From contig RDEW01000015.1 of assembly GCA_011109175.1 (NCBI GenBank), positions 1,142,868-1,206,867 on the forward strand: a stretch of 64,000 bases of DNA. Direction: 5' to 3'. The stretch is from Dicyema japonicum. Lineage: Eukaryota; Animalia; Dicyemida. Under the pieces are notes generated by a model that was not told the DNA's origin, searched no databases, and saw only the letters and a program-made list of their open reading frames with translations. The position numbers and the translations under genes are program-made. Shown here one piece after another: positions 24,035-36,964 of the stretch; positions within the stretch are counted from its first letter, which is position 1, and every line of letters starts with the position of its first letter.

Positions 24035-26988
24035 ATGTTAAATGTTGAAGATGTTGAAAAACAAATATATATAAATTCTGAAGTTAATGGAATTAGAATT
24101 TCTGACAGATTTAACGATTTCGACAGACTTAGGTCAGGATTTGTTACTGGTTAGTAAACTCATTAGTATGTCCGATAGCCAGTCAGTTTTCTCGAATACT
24201 GAACGGACTGTTAAACATAAAACTAACAAACGAAGAAATCAACTTAGTAATAGAGAAATACTGCGACGAAACACATAATCTAATAAACTACACTAAATTC
24301 TGTCAAAACATCAAAAATACAATTTTGAATAATAAATAGTATTTTGTAATTAAATAAAAATAGTTTTGCAAGCAGTCGAACAGAGAATCAGTTAAATTTA
24401 AATTCAGAAAAAGCTTTAAATGAAATAATTTTTAAACTTTCAATTTTTTATGAAAAAAATGGATTCAATGTGTATCAATTATTTAAAAATTTTGATATAC
24501 ATAATATTGGGAGAATAACTGAGAGTCAGGTTTATATTTATAAACATTAAATAGTTTTATCGAGCATTTCAAAGGCCTGAAGGATTCAAAGACGACGAAT
24601 TAGCACTCTTGGTTTCAAAATATAGAAACCAAACTGATAACAATCTTGTAAACTATATGAATTTTTGTCATGACGTGGCGACCATTACAGGAAAAATTTA
24701 TTACCGAGATAATAAAATCACTGAGAAAATAGATCCCAAACAAGTAAATTAATGTGAAAACACATCCAAGGTGAATGATGAGTCTCCTTCAATGCATTCA
24801 ATTGTTGATAAAATAAAATTAAAGATTTTTACAAATAGAATAAGATCTAAGGAATTCTTTGAGGACTATGACAAACTCCGCAGTGGATTCATAACTAAAG
24901 ATCAGTTCAAAAGTGCCCTTTACAGAATTTGCGGGAAAGAATTGGGATTAACACAGGACCAACTTGAAAGTGTGGCATTTCTGTATAAAACATCACAAAA
25001 TAATAAAGTGAATTATGTCGAGTTTTGTAAGGTTATGGAGAATGGTATATAATGTAAAATATTAGTGTTTATTAACCCTGATTTGGAGACAAATCCAACA
25101 TCTCATGTGTACAGACCGATACCTTCTCAGCTTGCATGGGTTTTAGTAATAAATAATAAAAGAAACCTCAAAAATTAACAAACGACGAAGAAATAATAAT
25201 GAAACAAGTTCTCGATCGAATAACTATGCTTATCATTAAAAGAAGACTTCCATTGAACATTTACTTTAGGGATTTTGATATGGTTAGCATGTGGAAACTG
25301 TTAAATTAGGGAATGCAACAATCTTGTTTGATGACACTGTCTAGATTTGAGAGAAGTCTTAATAACTTTGGAATTGTCCTTGATACCGAGGAAATGAAAC
25401 TTGTTAACAAAAAATACAAAGATCAAGTGAGTGGATGGATTCACTACAGGAATTTTCTAATTGATGTGGACAGATGTTTATTTTTAATTATATTGTCAGC
25501 TTATAATCAACTCCAAGAAGAGGTACAACAGACAGAAAAAATAGAAAAGCAGACAAAAAAAGAGACAAGTAACACGGAATCTCTTTTAGAGAGAATTAAA
25601 AAAGTCATTCATAACAGACAAATCAGAGTTTTAAATAATTTAATAAATTAGATTAAAGAATTCTTTCAAGAGTTTGATGAACTTAGACATGGAATTGTAA
25701 CAAACGATCAATTTAGAAGACTTCTTTCACAACTTGGGTTTAGTAAACTTGGAATTATGGATATTACAAATGAGGAATTTGAGTATTTATGCTGTCTTTA
25801 CCAACACACTGACAATCGCTTTGTTTGCTGGACAAAATTTGCGGAAGATGTAAATAAAGTTTTTGAGAGAACATTGAAAGTAAAGCGACACATCCCTACA
25901 CTATCCTTCCTTCATTTACAAACATGAACAGCTACCAGCAACAACTCGTAACTAAAGCTTTCAAAAATGTCAATAAGAAAGCCCAAAGAAGAGGACTCAA
26001 TATTAGGCCAACATTCAGAGATTTTGACAAGTTTACTGAATTATAAAATTTAGATTAAACAGTGGTTACATTACGAGGAATCAATTCGGTCAGTGTCTTT
26101 CATTGTTGGAAATTGATCTCCCAAGATGTGAACAAGAATCTCTAGAAATTATGTTTTGTGACGAACGTGGATTTAATTACGAATCATTTTTGGATGAAAT
26201 CGACCCAATAATACATCCTGATTATATGTACCCTGAATTGATAAAGGCAACCGAAGCAGCTAATGCAAATAAAGGCAGAGACAAGGGGACTGCTACGAAT
26301 TTGAAAGACACGACTGATTATATACGAGAATTGGTAAATCTATCATTTTAATAAAGATTAAAAATAGAGACTTTCGTTTAATCGAATTTATGGAAAAATT
26401 TGATAGACACAACCACGGATTAATCACAAATTCAGAATTTCAGCGAGCGTTGGATTCGTTGGGTGTTAGAATTAATGATAATCAGATGGCTACTATTTTG
26501 AAACAGTAATATTTATATTCTCCATTAAAGCTATCAAAATACTACTTTTACTGATAAGGTTAACTACAGAGAGTTTTGTCAAGACACTGAATATGGTCTC
26601 CCCAATGACTTGTTAGAAAAGTGTCCCTTAGCTACTCTATTCGATACATCTCAACCTAACCTTGAATTTTCTCTAACGGAAGATCAGAAAACTGCTGAAT
26701 TTTTATCAAAAATAGCCAAATGGGTAGCCTTTAAAAATAATAAACGTTAAGGTAAGACAACGAAGATTGGAGATATTTCCGTTATTTAAAGACTTTGATG
26801 TGAATAATATAGGGGCAATCACAAAATCTCAGTTTTTACGTTGTTGGAGAGGATTGGACTTTATCAATCTCATTGACTCTAATAGTGAGGACTACGTTTG
26901 TCAAATGTTTGCTAAAAAAGTTGGTGGGAGAAATGATATTGATTATGTCAAATTCTGCCAACAAATTAATTCATTGGCAGGATTTTAA
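24035..26988 (+). CDS. Large multi-exon protein built of repeated EF-hand pairs (FxxFDxxxxGxITxxQF modules)
   Basis: Repeats such as RISDRFNDFDRLRSGFVT, RSKEFFEDYDKLRSGFITKDQF, FFQEFDELRHGIVT, FKDFDVNNIGAITKSQF, each followed by an NYxxFC-type second hand; many 22-29 nt introns. Start is uncertain (possible acceptor at 24014). Confidence 0.8.
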
Positions 26989-27319
26989 CCTTAATACTCT
27001 AACAAAATAACTCATTTACTTATTAATAATTATTATTCCAAATTTGTTTTAGTTTGGTTTATCCTGGTAGCCTCATGAGACATCAAATAACCTCAATGAA
27101 ATACAAAAAGAGGAACGGAGCAAAGCACGAAAAGCCTATGACCAAATGTCTGCTTAGAATGACTTTTATACATTATTTACCCCTAATCTCTTCAAGTGAA
27201 AAAAACCGATGCCCAACAGTAAGTAACAACAAAAGATCAGTCAGATGTATCGGGTGTAGATCAGAAATATAAGGTGGACCATGACAAGTCAAGATGGGAA
27301 TAAACCAATTTTGTTAATA

Positions 27320-27420
27320 AAATCTTTTTTTTACCCCAAGATTAGAAAAAATTAACTACTAACTAAGTGATCCCGGTTTTCCAGGTTCTGGCTCTCGTTC
27401 GGGGTCGTCGAAAATCCAAC
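27320..27420 (-). mobile_element. Short LINE 3' tail between two convergent genes
   Basis: GGGATCACTTAG at 27374-27363 followed by TCTTGGGGTAAAAAAA. Confidence 0.55.
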
Positions 27421-27547
27421 AGAATTGGTTAATATATTCTTGTAAAAACATCAAAGTAGTATTCCAAAATTTGTATGAGATTTTATAGTCAATAAAGAAA
27501 ATAACAAATATAAACACCAAAATATTATATGTTAACAAAAGTAAAGC

Positions 27548-29536
27548 CTAACAGTTCCAATATGTTCTTTTTGAGTGAGCCATCAAAGAATCAACAACAC
27601 ACGCATCCATTATATCTTCAGTAAGGACCCCACTAGCTGAAGCATATGCTGATGACTAAAAGTGGAAAAAAATAACATTACCTGCCAACTAATAACCAAC
27701 TTTGATATTTCCCTTCCAGAAAACCCTTCCAGTTGTTCGGCAACCTTCAAACATTTACTTCCATAGTCAAACGAATCCACCTTAAGTCGACTGTGAGTAA
27801 ATAATAATATAACCTCGATTTTAGACTTGCCGGAGTCAAAATGAATTGATCAAAATACATTCTCACCATTCTATCTCTTTCCTCCAATGTTGGAATACCA
27901 AACTCAATGATTTCATCCACTCTGTCATTGATTGCCCAGTCTAACTGTTCAGGTTGATTACTGGCTAATATAATCATAAACCTTAAATCACAATGAGTAA
28001 TACTTGTATGATTGCTGTCCAGAACGATAAAGGAAGGCGTTGAGGGATGATCTCATATCCTCACTAATAGATTGTGTTGACCTCTTTCTTAAGAATGCAT
28101 CAGCTTCATCAATAAAGAGAACAAGTCTTAATTAATTCAAATAAAAACCCCTTTCTAGTCTTTTCTGACCAATCGAACATTTTATGAATAGCAGAGACTC
28201 CATCCTTACCCATAGGAGCAACATCTCCACCAGTCATAACTGCATAGTGCATACCAGAATGTAAGGCCAGACTCTAAATTCATTATAGCCCAACAACCTT
28301 AGCAAACATTGTCTTTCCAGTTCCAGGAGGTCCATAAAATAGAATATTACGATATAATCCTTTATTCTTTTTGGTATGCCTAGTTGCTATGGTAATATCT
28401 CTCAGACGGGCCTCCATTGCTGACTAGTATAATCACCAAAATATTACATTAAAAATAATCCCTTTGAGTGAATCTTGTGGAGTTTTTATTATATTTTTAA
28501 AAGTCTAATAATTAACAAAAATTACAGTGATTGGGTGAGTAATACTATCAATAAGGGATAATTTTGAAGTCTCCCTAACAAGTGATGGTTTAGAAAATCG
28601 TGATTCCAGCTGCCTCATGAGAACTCCCATTCCATACTTTGATGCATAAATACCCACCGCCATCATTGTTACCCCTGATGCCTAATTAGTTAGGTTAATT
28701 AATAAACAAGAGCAGTTAATTTATCCCAATCCCTCACAAGTGATCCAATTCCACCTCCGATAACATCACCAACAGTTCTAAAACTCAGCAAATCGACTAC
28801 TTAATAGATTCCAACACAGTGGTTCTGTTTTCACTTGCCTTAGCCTTTAGTTGCTCCATTCTAATGTCACGATTTGTTCTTTCAGCGTTTGCCTGAGCTT
28901 CTATCTCAGCCTGGACTCGTTTTAGTTCACCTTCCAATCTCAATTTAGCCTCATATTCGGCAGTTTCTATCATAATCACGTGATTATTACTTTTTCGCAT
29001 TTCTTCTTGCTTTTTTACGGATTCTTCTTGCTTCTCAAGGTTTCTTCTTGCATTTTCGCCTTTAATCAAATCATCACATCAAACATGCTGAGCCAGTTGG
29101 TCCTCATCCCTTTTCCGTGCCAACTGATCCTGATACTGAGCACGTGATTTGTGTTGTTTAGTCTCTTCTTGCAGTGTTTTTCGACGTTCTTCCTGTTGTA
29201 CTTTGGTCTGTTCTAGTTTTACTTGTTCCAAGTTTAATTCGTATTCCTAAAATAATTATAATAAAACTTTAATTTTCTTTTGATATTCAAGCTGTGCTGT
29301 TGTCTCACTCATTTTTGATAAGTCAAAGGCCTCCCTTGCGTGTTCTAGTAAAAAAACATATTACTTGACTGCTCTAATCTTTTTGCTGCCTCAGCTGCTC
29401 TTTCCAAGGACTCTGAGCTGAATCCATATCCGATCTTATCCTTTCCTTTGTTACTGTCGGAAGGAGGAGGCGGGGGAAGATTCACATTGTCAGAACCGGG
29501 AACTTGAGGTTTCTTTATTCCGAATAGCCATGACAT
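27548..29536 (-). CDS. ATAD3: ATPase family AAA domain-containing protein 3 (mitochondrial)
   Basis: MSWLFG start, [16 protein letters not shown] coiled coil, Walker A GPPGTGKT, Walker [29 protein letters not shown]; introns e.g. 29345-29364 (20 nt) and 29247-29267 (21 nt); stop at 27548. Confidence 0.95.
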
Positions 29537-29719
29537 TTAAATACGACAAACTAAAAATTTAAAGCACGTTGGCTTTTTAAGTTCAATTTTTACTGCTTTT
29601 AATTATTTTATATTTATTTAAATTATATCGATCTATATTTTCAAAATAAAAGTTTTTTAAATTGCAATATTAGTTTCGTCTTATTTTCGGTTGATCATTC
29701 TTACCTTGTCGAATGCCTA

Positions 29720-32190
29720 CACAGTTTTTGTATGCCTGTGTGGTTCATCAGCTTTTTAGTAGCTGTGATGAATAGGTGGAGTATTCATCTCAAATATAAT
29801 AGGCACCGAATTGCGGGGTTAACTTAAGATGGGGATCCTCAAGGCGATAGCATCCTTTTTGTTCTCTGTTTGGAGCCATTGAGCTGCCGCCTCAATAAAC
29901 GATGTGAGCAAATACCTGTTCATTGTGAGGGTGTTTGTTTCAGAATAAATCACCTTCTTTTTATTGATTACATGAAGATGTATGCTCTAACGAGCTCTAC
30001 TCCATGGGGGTCTGTTCCAGGAAGTTCTTTGAGAATATAGGACTAGATTTGAATTATTCAAAGTCTGCGATTAACATGCAAGTATGTAGCGAGTTAAGTC
30101 CTAGAGGAAGAAGGATATAAGTATCTGGGTGTCATCAAAACTCTAATTTCTTTATCATGCCTGAGACAAAGCGACAAACAGACATTCGTAGTATGTAGGC
30201 TCTAAATGCCAAGAATTTGTTCCTGGAATTAAATTAGTATGCTATCTACTACTAAAGTACTACATAGATGTTGTGGAGTTTAAACCCAAAGAGTATGATG
30301 ACATTGATGTCTCCAATAAGGAGAGACTATATTTACCTAGTCAGCACTTCGGTTTTTACCTGTGTGGAGTATTACAACTAAGTGAGCGTATCCTTATGCG
30401 AATGCACGACAGTCTGATAGTCGAGTCAAGTGTGTCTGCTAGAAAGCACGTCATAATAAAGACAGAGAAAAACACGTGCAACTCACCTATGTACTATCAG
30501 ATTTTTTTGTTTGCTAAGTATAGTGTTGATGATTGTGGGCTAGTATATTTGAAGGGGTGATCAAATTACAAAAAAGAGATCTTTACAGGTCCATATGTGA
30601 AGATAAATATGAGCGGCTTCTGAATTTATTAAACCAACACCTGGAAGATGTGGGGATGGATCGCTTGGAATCAATGTTCTCCCGATCGGAAGCTTCGGAA
30701 ACCACTTTGAAGACGCTACTGTCCGTATCGGAATCTCTATCAGGTTTTGACTCATTATTTGAGAGACTCAGAAGTTTTGGTGAGGTGGTACTATTGACTG
30801 TTATGGACATCATTCCCTTCTTACCGAAGAAGCACAGGACGACTCAAAAGACATAAGACGATTAAAGGAATTGTGAAGCAAGCCCTCTGGAGTCTATCGG
30901 ACACCATTCTATACTGGAATCTACTGACCTTGACAAAGAAGATGGAAAGTAAAGTAACAATCTTTCCGTCCGAAGAGGGGAAATCGTTAGTTTGAAGAGG
31001 GGAAATCATTGCAACATGTGTCGACTCTCTCTCCTCTACCAACATCATCGCGAGTGCGGTAAAGGCACTTTCCACCACAGAGGAAGTAGAGAGCTAAAGA
31101 AAATAAGTACAGAAGACTCATCGACCGATATACCTTCTACGTGATTGCTGTCAAGACAACCAGAGCAATAAGCAGCAGGTTTCGGGTTTTCCTCAAGAAA
31201 CTCGGATGTATGGCCTCGCTCAGAAGCCACGATGACTGTGAAATGCAATGGCTCGTCAGTTTGTATCCATAGCGGTCCAGAAAGAAACGTCGAATCAATA
31301 AAGTGGGCAAAGATAAAAAATTACTTTACCAATTATTTTAATTACAAAATAATAATTTAATTGAAAGGATCAATTTAAAAAGCCTTAATAAAGTCCCCTT
31401 CGAGCATTGAACAACCCACACGTCGACCTTAAATCGTCAGCAAACATGGCTAAAATATGGTGACAACTCACCTCGATCGGAGACGTTGTACATGTATATG
31501 CAAGACCGCAATACTTTTTTGTGGTCATTCAACAAATACATGTCCCCATTGTAAGGAGCATGTCTGTTAATCATTGAGCCACTTGGCGCGGATCCATGAA
31601 TGGAGTCATAACAAGGTAGTGAGGAATCTTCATTTTCTACTATAGAATAAGTATGGTATTCGCTACAACAGAAAGTTGCGGACTCATAAGGTACAATATG
31701 TACTAGAGAACACCAGGGTCTAAATCAAGGTAGGCAGTGTTGTCCGAACCTCGGTGTTAGTCAAGTACAATAAACCGGACATTGTGGTACACGATAAGGA
31801 GTCTGGGCAAATCCTCATTATAGAAGTTGGTATTACGTTTCAAGACCTTGCAGATTGTGGAGGTAGAAAAAGGAAGTATGACTTCCTTGCAGATGTATGC
31901 TTTCAATATCATCGTTATTCCAATAGTAATGACGTGGGAAGGAATTGAACAAAGTACCTCAAGGGTTATCTAAGAGAGCTCGGAGTTGATATGAAGCTTC
32001 AGGCCTACCTACAGTTCACTGCTTCAAAGCAAATCCTATAAAGCCTGATACTGGAATATAGGAAGTAGAGCCCGGAGATGTCATATGGACAGGAAGCTTA
32101 ATTGAACAACGTACTCTCGGAGCTGTTTAAGGCACCAGAATTGAATCTTCCTGAGGAGCCTTTCGAACATGCAGGCGAGGAAGGCTAATT
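29720..32190 (+). mobile_element. Decayed REL-endonuclease non-LTR element (R4/NeSL-like)
   Basis: GIL-QGDS, NHLLF-D.MKMYA, YKYLGV, ERLYLP, WLKYGDNSPRSE.LY.YMQDRN, CPHC, KPDIVVHDK...IIEVGIT (PD-D/ExK) remnants. Confidence 0.75.
30560..31330 (+). mobile_element. CRE-like REL element 3' fragment nested in the R4/NeSL-like relic
   Basis: VTIFPSEEGKSLV..ATCVDSL motif; GGAAGTAGAGAGCTAAAGAAAATAAGTACAGA shared with the 40290-41300 copy. Confidence 0.6.
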
Positions 32191-32263
32191 GTTAAAATAT
32201 TTATTTCTTTGGTTGGTTAAAATAAAAGTTCTAATTTAAATATTTTTAAAATAAATAATAAAA

Positions 32264-33379
32264 ATGTGTGATTGTTGTGATGGAATTTTTAAAGTAAGTA
32301 ATTGTCGCGGTAAAATCCTAAACAAACAAACAACTCCCTTACTTGCAGATGATTTGGAATCATTAATGACTATGAAACTGAGTGGAATATCACATGATAC
32401 ATCATTACTAACAAAGACTATTAATACTATTGTGAAAAGTAATGTTTGCGAATGTAATTACGTAATTTGTCTATATTTGTGCAGACTAGTGAATTATAAT
32501 GATACCTACCAACTAGAACATAAATTTGGTGAATTTGATAATCTTAATATTATTACTAGTAAATACTTGTATGATTCTATGACGGTATTTTCTAAATTTA
32601 TAACAAAAAGTGAATGGAAGAATAACATGGTTATCATGGAGTGTTTATTAATGATGATTAAGGATAGTAATATCTATGTACTACATAACAACATTCAACA
32701 AATCATTGTTTATATTCTATTACTCCTTGATGATTGGGAGGATCGCTACAGGATAAAGGGACTTGACTTATTGCTCCACATTCTTAATAACACTACTCCT
32801 CGGTTTATGGAGGTTAACAACATGCACTTGGTTATATTTGATACTCTTAGGAATATACTACCTATTACTGATTCTGAGACTATGCTTGATTTATATTTTG
32901 AGACTATTTGTGTATTTCAGGAGAAAATAGAACCACCAACTACAAATATACCAATATCACGAGTTATACATGAGGGATTCTTTGATATTATTTTATCAAC
33001 AATTGAAATGAGAATTAAAATTATTAAATATTTGCCGCGTTTTGTTGAATTGATGGGATTTCATGTGGCAAAGTTTAGTCAATATTTATTATCAGTCCTT
33101 CGATTAAAGTCATGTACATTTGTTGGCATAATCCCTAATGATAGTGACTTGAAAATAATGGAATTAATATTAATGAGTGTTGTATCGTTTATGCGTACTC
33201 TTAGTTGCCGAATAGAAGCTAATATTGAGGGAATATTATCAGTAATTGGTCCAATTGCCTTAAACTATTCTCATTATGAAAATATAAATAATGAATATAA
33301 TATTTGTTTGGAATTATTAATGAAGAGTGTACCTGATATTACTAGTAAATTTATTAATATTATTAATAAAAATGATTAA
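32264..33379 (+). CDS. TTI2: TTI2-like (TELO2-interacting, HEAT/ARM-like) protein, 371 aa, uninterrupted ORF
   Basis: Long ORF with LLLLDDWEDRYRIKGLDLLLHILNN...HLVIFDTL, which resembles the Tti2 core; otherwise very divergent. Confidence 0.55.
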   Translation: MCDCCDGIFKVSNCRGKILNKQTTPLLADDLESLMTMKLSGISHDTSLLTKTINTIVKSNVCECNYVICLYLCRLVNYNDTYQLEHKFGEFDNLNIITSKYLYDSMTVFSKFITKSEWKNNMVIMECLLMMIKDSNIYVLHNNIQQIIVYILLLLDDWEDRYRIKGLDLLLHILNNTTPRFMEVNNMHLVIFDTLRNILPITDSETMLDLYFETICVFQEKIEPPTTNIPISRVIHEGFFDIILSTIEMRIKIIKYLPRFVELMGFHVAKFSQYLLSVLRLKSCTFVGIIPNDSDLKIMELILMSVVSFMRTLSCRIEANIEGILSVIGPIALNYSHYENINNEYNICLELLMKSVPDITSKFINIINKND

Positions 33380-33399
33380 ATATTGTTACTTTAGTATAT

Positions 33400-33930
33400 T
33401 TGAATTTTATTGACTCCGGAATCACGAGAAAGAGGACAAGAGTTATTGTCTAATAAGTGATGAAGCTGTCAAAGTCCTTTCCTGCGGTTAGTTTTGGAGT
33501 CCTGGATTAATCTCAACAACGGGGACTTTCTTCTCGTATCTCGGGTTTGCGTTCAGATATATTTGATGTCCGGCCCGAGGGGAGGTCAGAAGATTTTGCC
33601 ATTTTGAGGAATTCTCGGTGGCGTTTCGTAAGGTATTCCATGATTGGGAAACGTTTAGTTTTCTCCAAGGTGACGATGTGGGCGTCTTTTTTTGACAATC
33701 TCAATAATATTCTGAGATATCGGTTTTGTAACACTTTCAGCTTGCTCTGTGCCGATAACGATAGCGGGGCAATTCATGCAGCACAGACGTACGAGATACT
33801 CGGTAGAACAAATTGTTTGTATAGAAGCTCCAACGATGGTCGGGAAGATACTGGAGAGTGCGTAAAAACCTTGAAAATTCAAATTTCTTTTGGATCCTCG
33901 CGGTTACCAGTTCCATTTGATAAGTGAATG
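33400..33930 (-). mobile_element. LINE 3' fragment
   Basis: YKQFVLPSISY.CAA...KVLQNRYLRI across a frameshift; the tail CAGGACTCC(A/T)AAACTAACCGCAGGA is shared with 55020-55045. Confidence 0.6.
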
Positions 33931-33949
33931 AAAGGAGAGGATTTAGGAT

Positions 33950-34420
33950 GACTCCAAGGATTGAAAAGGTCTTCTTAATGGGGATCGTGGAATGATATAA
34001 TTTTAATTCTGGCTTTGCCCTTATTTTTTTCGTGATAGATAAACGTCGTTATATTTGACTTTAATGGTGATACATTCAGACGAATTCTTCGCGTTTAGGT
34101 CACAATTAGTGTATTTTCCAAAAGGTGAAAATAATTCCTGTGGTCTTTACGTGGGATGGGATTTTCAGAAGATTCTTCAAGGGCTACTTGGCTACCCTCA
34201 AGGTAGAGGAAACGGTGAAAGAATATATGCAAATGTTAGTACTGCGGAAGACTCTTGAGAGAATACATACTGAAGAGAGGCATAGAGTATCGATGTCTAA
34301 TGAGAAGAAAGATTGTTTTGAATGTCAACCCAGGGTAGTCTCTGAATGTGAGGTGTGCGTCGACGTGAACACACCTATACAGACAATAGAGGTTAAATTT
34401 AAGTTAACCAGAAAAATATC
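33950..34420 (+). mobile_element. REL-type LINE 3' fragment related to 29720-32190
   Basis: IIPVVFTWDGIFRRFFKGYL parallels IIPIVMTWEGI..KYLKGYL at ~31910-31975. Confidence 0.55.
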
Positions 34421-34567
34421 ATAGCTAGAATGAAAAAATTCAGGTGATCCCGCCCTCTCTCAACAGTCTTCGCATGCTCGTACAGGGGCTAGACGGGTGT
34501 TATAAATTAATTAATTTTATTTGTGACTAATTTTTCGTATATTTATTTATTTTTTGTTACTATAGTA

Positions 34568-34927
34568 ATGGTTGGTATTGGTCTACAGATTTTGATTTCA
34601 ATTTGGTTATTAACTTTCATAATATCAATTTTGGGAGCTCATTTTAATCACAAAAAATTAAGGTTTTATTAAATTAACAATTCAGAAATTTATCATTTCT
34701 TTTATTAGCAATATCCTTAATAATAACTATTATTCTTGTCTTCACTAAGTGTGAGTCATCCACTACTATTGATTATGTATCATAATATTAATTTTTAGAC
34801 ATATAACACATTCTTGCCATACAAAATATCAACTGTTGTCCTTCTTTCTCTTTTTTTGATTGTAATCATTTGCCTGACATTTGTTTACGACATTTCTGTC
34901 AGTCTTCATCCACAATATATTCGTTAA
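34568..34927 (+). CDS. TMEM218: TMEM218-like small 3-TM ciliary transition-zone protein (3 exons; not in the ORF track)
   Basis: Introns 34663-34685 (23 nt) and 34777-34798 (22 nt) give MVGIGLQILISIWLL...LAISLIITIILVF...LHPQYIR*, matching the TMEM218 layout (GVGxG...W start, PxY end). Confidence 0.65.
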
Positions 34928-35539
34928 TGAGTTTATTCTGTACATTATATTATTAATAAATATTCAATTTTAACAAAGCAGAAAGAGAGAATCAATTTAT
35001 TATTTTCAACCATAAGAATATGAGTAATTAAGTTCTCGTTCGATAATCATTGAGATGATTCGTCGGCGTTGACGGTGATATCACTCAAACAGTCGAAAAA
35101 GTTCCATGAAATTGTTTCTCCTGTATTTATTCAATGCATAACAAATTCTTTATACCTTCAATTGAAGAATTCTACGTTTGTGGTCATTTGTTTTTTTGAT
35201 TTTATGACACGTAGAATCCCCGCTTTCCTCATAAAATACTTCGACTTCTTCTGCAAGTCTCCGAAGAGTTGTAAAAGCATCCGCTCACTTTTATGGGTAA
35301 CGGATACCAGGCTTGTTTTTTGACAGATAGTCTTTCATTGTTTCCAGGTTTCAATGAATCCGATTCTGTACAAGTATTTTCCCTATGTTTTAGTCAATTA
35401 GCTCAAATTAAGTAGATTCTATATCTATGAGACCAATGTAGTAATTATATAAGGATAGAGCATGTTCATTTATAAGGTTGAAGATTATTCCTCTAGTATA
35501 TCAAATACACTTTATCTGAGTTAGTGGCTTTATGGAAAT

Positions 35540-36125
35540 CAATTCAGAGCAAGTACGAATAAGTCAGTTTTGACCCTTTTCATGTCAAACAGGAGACTGA
35601 ATAAACTATTAATTAACGTCAAGTTAGACGGGAAAACTATCCCAAAAAACCCAGAAGATCCTCGTAGTTACCTTCGACTCTTCTTAAACTTTTCAATTTA
35701 TTTTGATAAGGTAGTAACGCTTTGTACGAGAAAGATTAACTTCAAGAAGGCTTTTCTGGGAATTCTAAAAAACTCTAAAGGCCTAAATGGATTGGATACA
35801 CTCTACAAGTATTGAACCTAAATTTGTTATGTATGTGCTACTCAGGGACAAACCTTGCCACGACGATCTGACCAAGATCCATAACATTTAGTCAAAGGCG
35901 GCGAAAGTACTGAAGAAGTCATCTTGTAAGGAAATCCTGCCCAGAAGCTTTGAGAATATGGTCAATGCAACTGGGGAAATTTTTTTGGAGGAAGATTCGT
36001 CCTTGTCGCAAATGTACCGGACACAGTTTAAACATCAGGAAAAGATATGAAGACAGCTGAAGGAGACCGGGATCACCCGAATTTTCTCATTCTGGTTATG
36101 ACAGTGGTTTTTGATTAATAAATTT
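35540..36125 (+). mobile_element. LINE 3' fragment
   Basis: TLFMSNRR...LDGKTIP post-RT motif; GGGATCACCCGA at 36069; AT-rich tail. Confidence 0.55.
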
Positions 36126-36964
36126 AATTTACGGTTTGAACATGTTACCCGAGTTCAATCTTAAATTTTCCAGATTTTCTATTTAACCCCATCAAATATT
36201 AACTTGCAGCACTTCTGGCTCTACTTTTCCATAATGCGCTTAGAATATTGCATTGCGCGCCGAAATGATGCTCAACATTGTTTCAGTGAACGTCAGGTCC
36301 TTCCAGAGGAAAAGGAAGGCTGTTGAAGATCTTGATACCCTGGACTGTTTTTCAGGGCGTTGCTTTTTTATCTTCTAACACACCAAGGCATCTATATTTA
36401 TCCTGTACATAATATTAATGAACCACATATAGAGTTTATTAGTTACAATAAAGTGTCAATAATGACTGGCCTTCTATGCGACTTTCTAGGGGTTTTGGAA
36501 TTCATTGATCCTCAATAACGATATCATGACAGAGGTAAGGATTGAAGATTATTCCTCTGGTATATCAAATACACTTTAACTTTTTGTTGCATCTCTACGA
36601 CCTAGTAAAAATCAATGGAGTTGTTTCAAAATGCTTAAAAAATTACATGGATAGGCTATTGAAGAGGCAATTTACATTTGATCAGCCATGCTGAAGAGAA
36701 CTCTTGAAAGTATGACGGTTCAACAAAACCAATGTCTCCAATGAAGATTTCATCTTTGTTTCAAGCCAACTAGTTAAACAGGAAAGTGTTAATCATGAAG
36801 ATATCCATTGATGCTGGAAAAGGAATGAGAGAGGAGACAAGGTTGAGTCTGTGTTAAATTTCTTCAAAAGGAATAGAGGGATTCCCAGCGATTTGGATAG
36901 CTAAAATAGCATTAATGAAATGTTAATAAAGGATAATAATTGGTATACGTTCCGAAAAATAAGA

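Noticed and set aside
29690-32230. SL RNA, snRNA or rRNA target sites flanking the REL-type elements
   Set aside because: No Sm site or recognisable structural RNA in the flanks.
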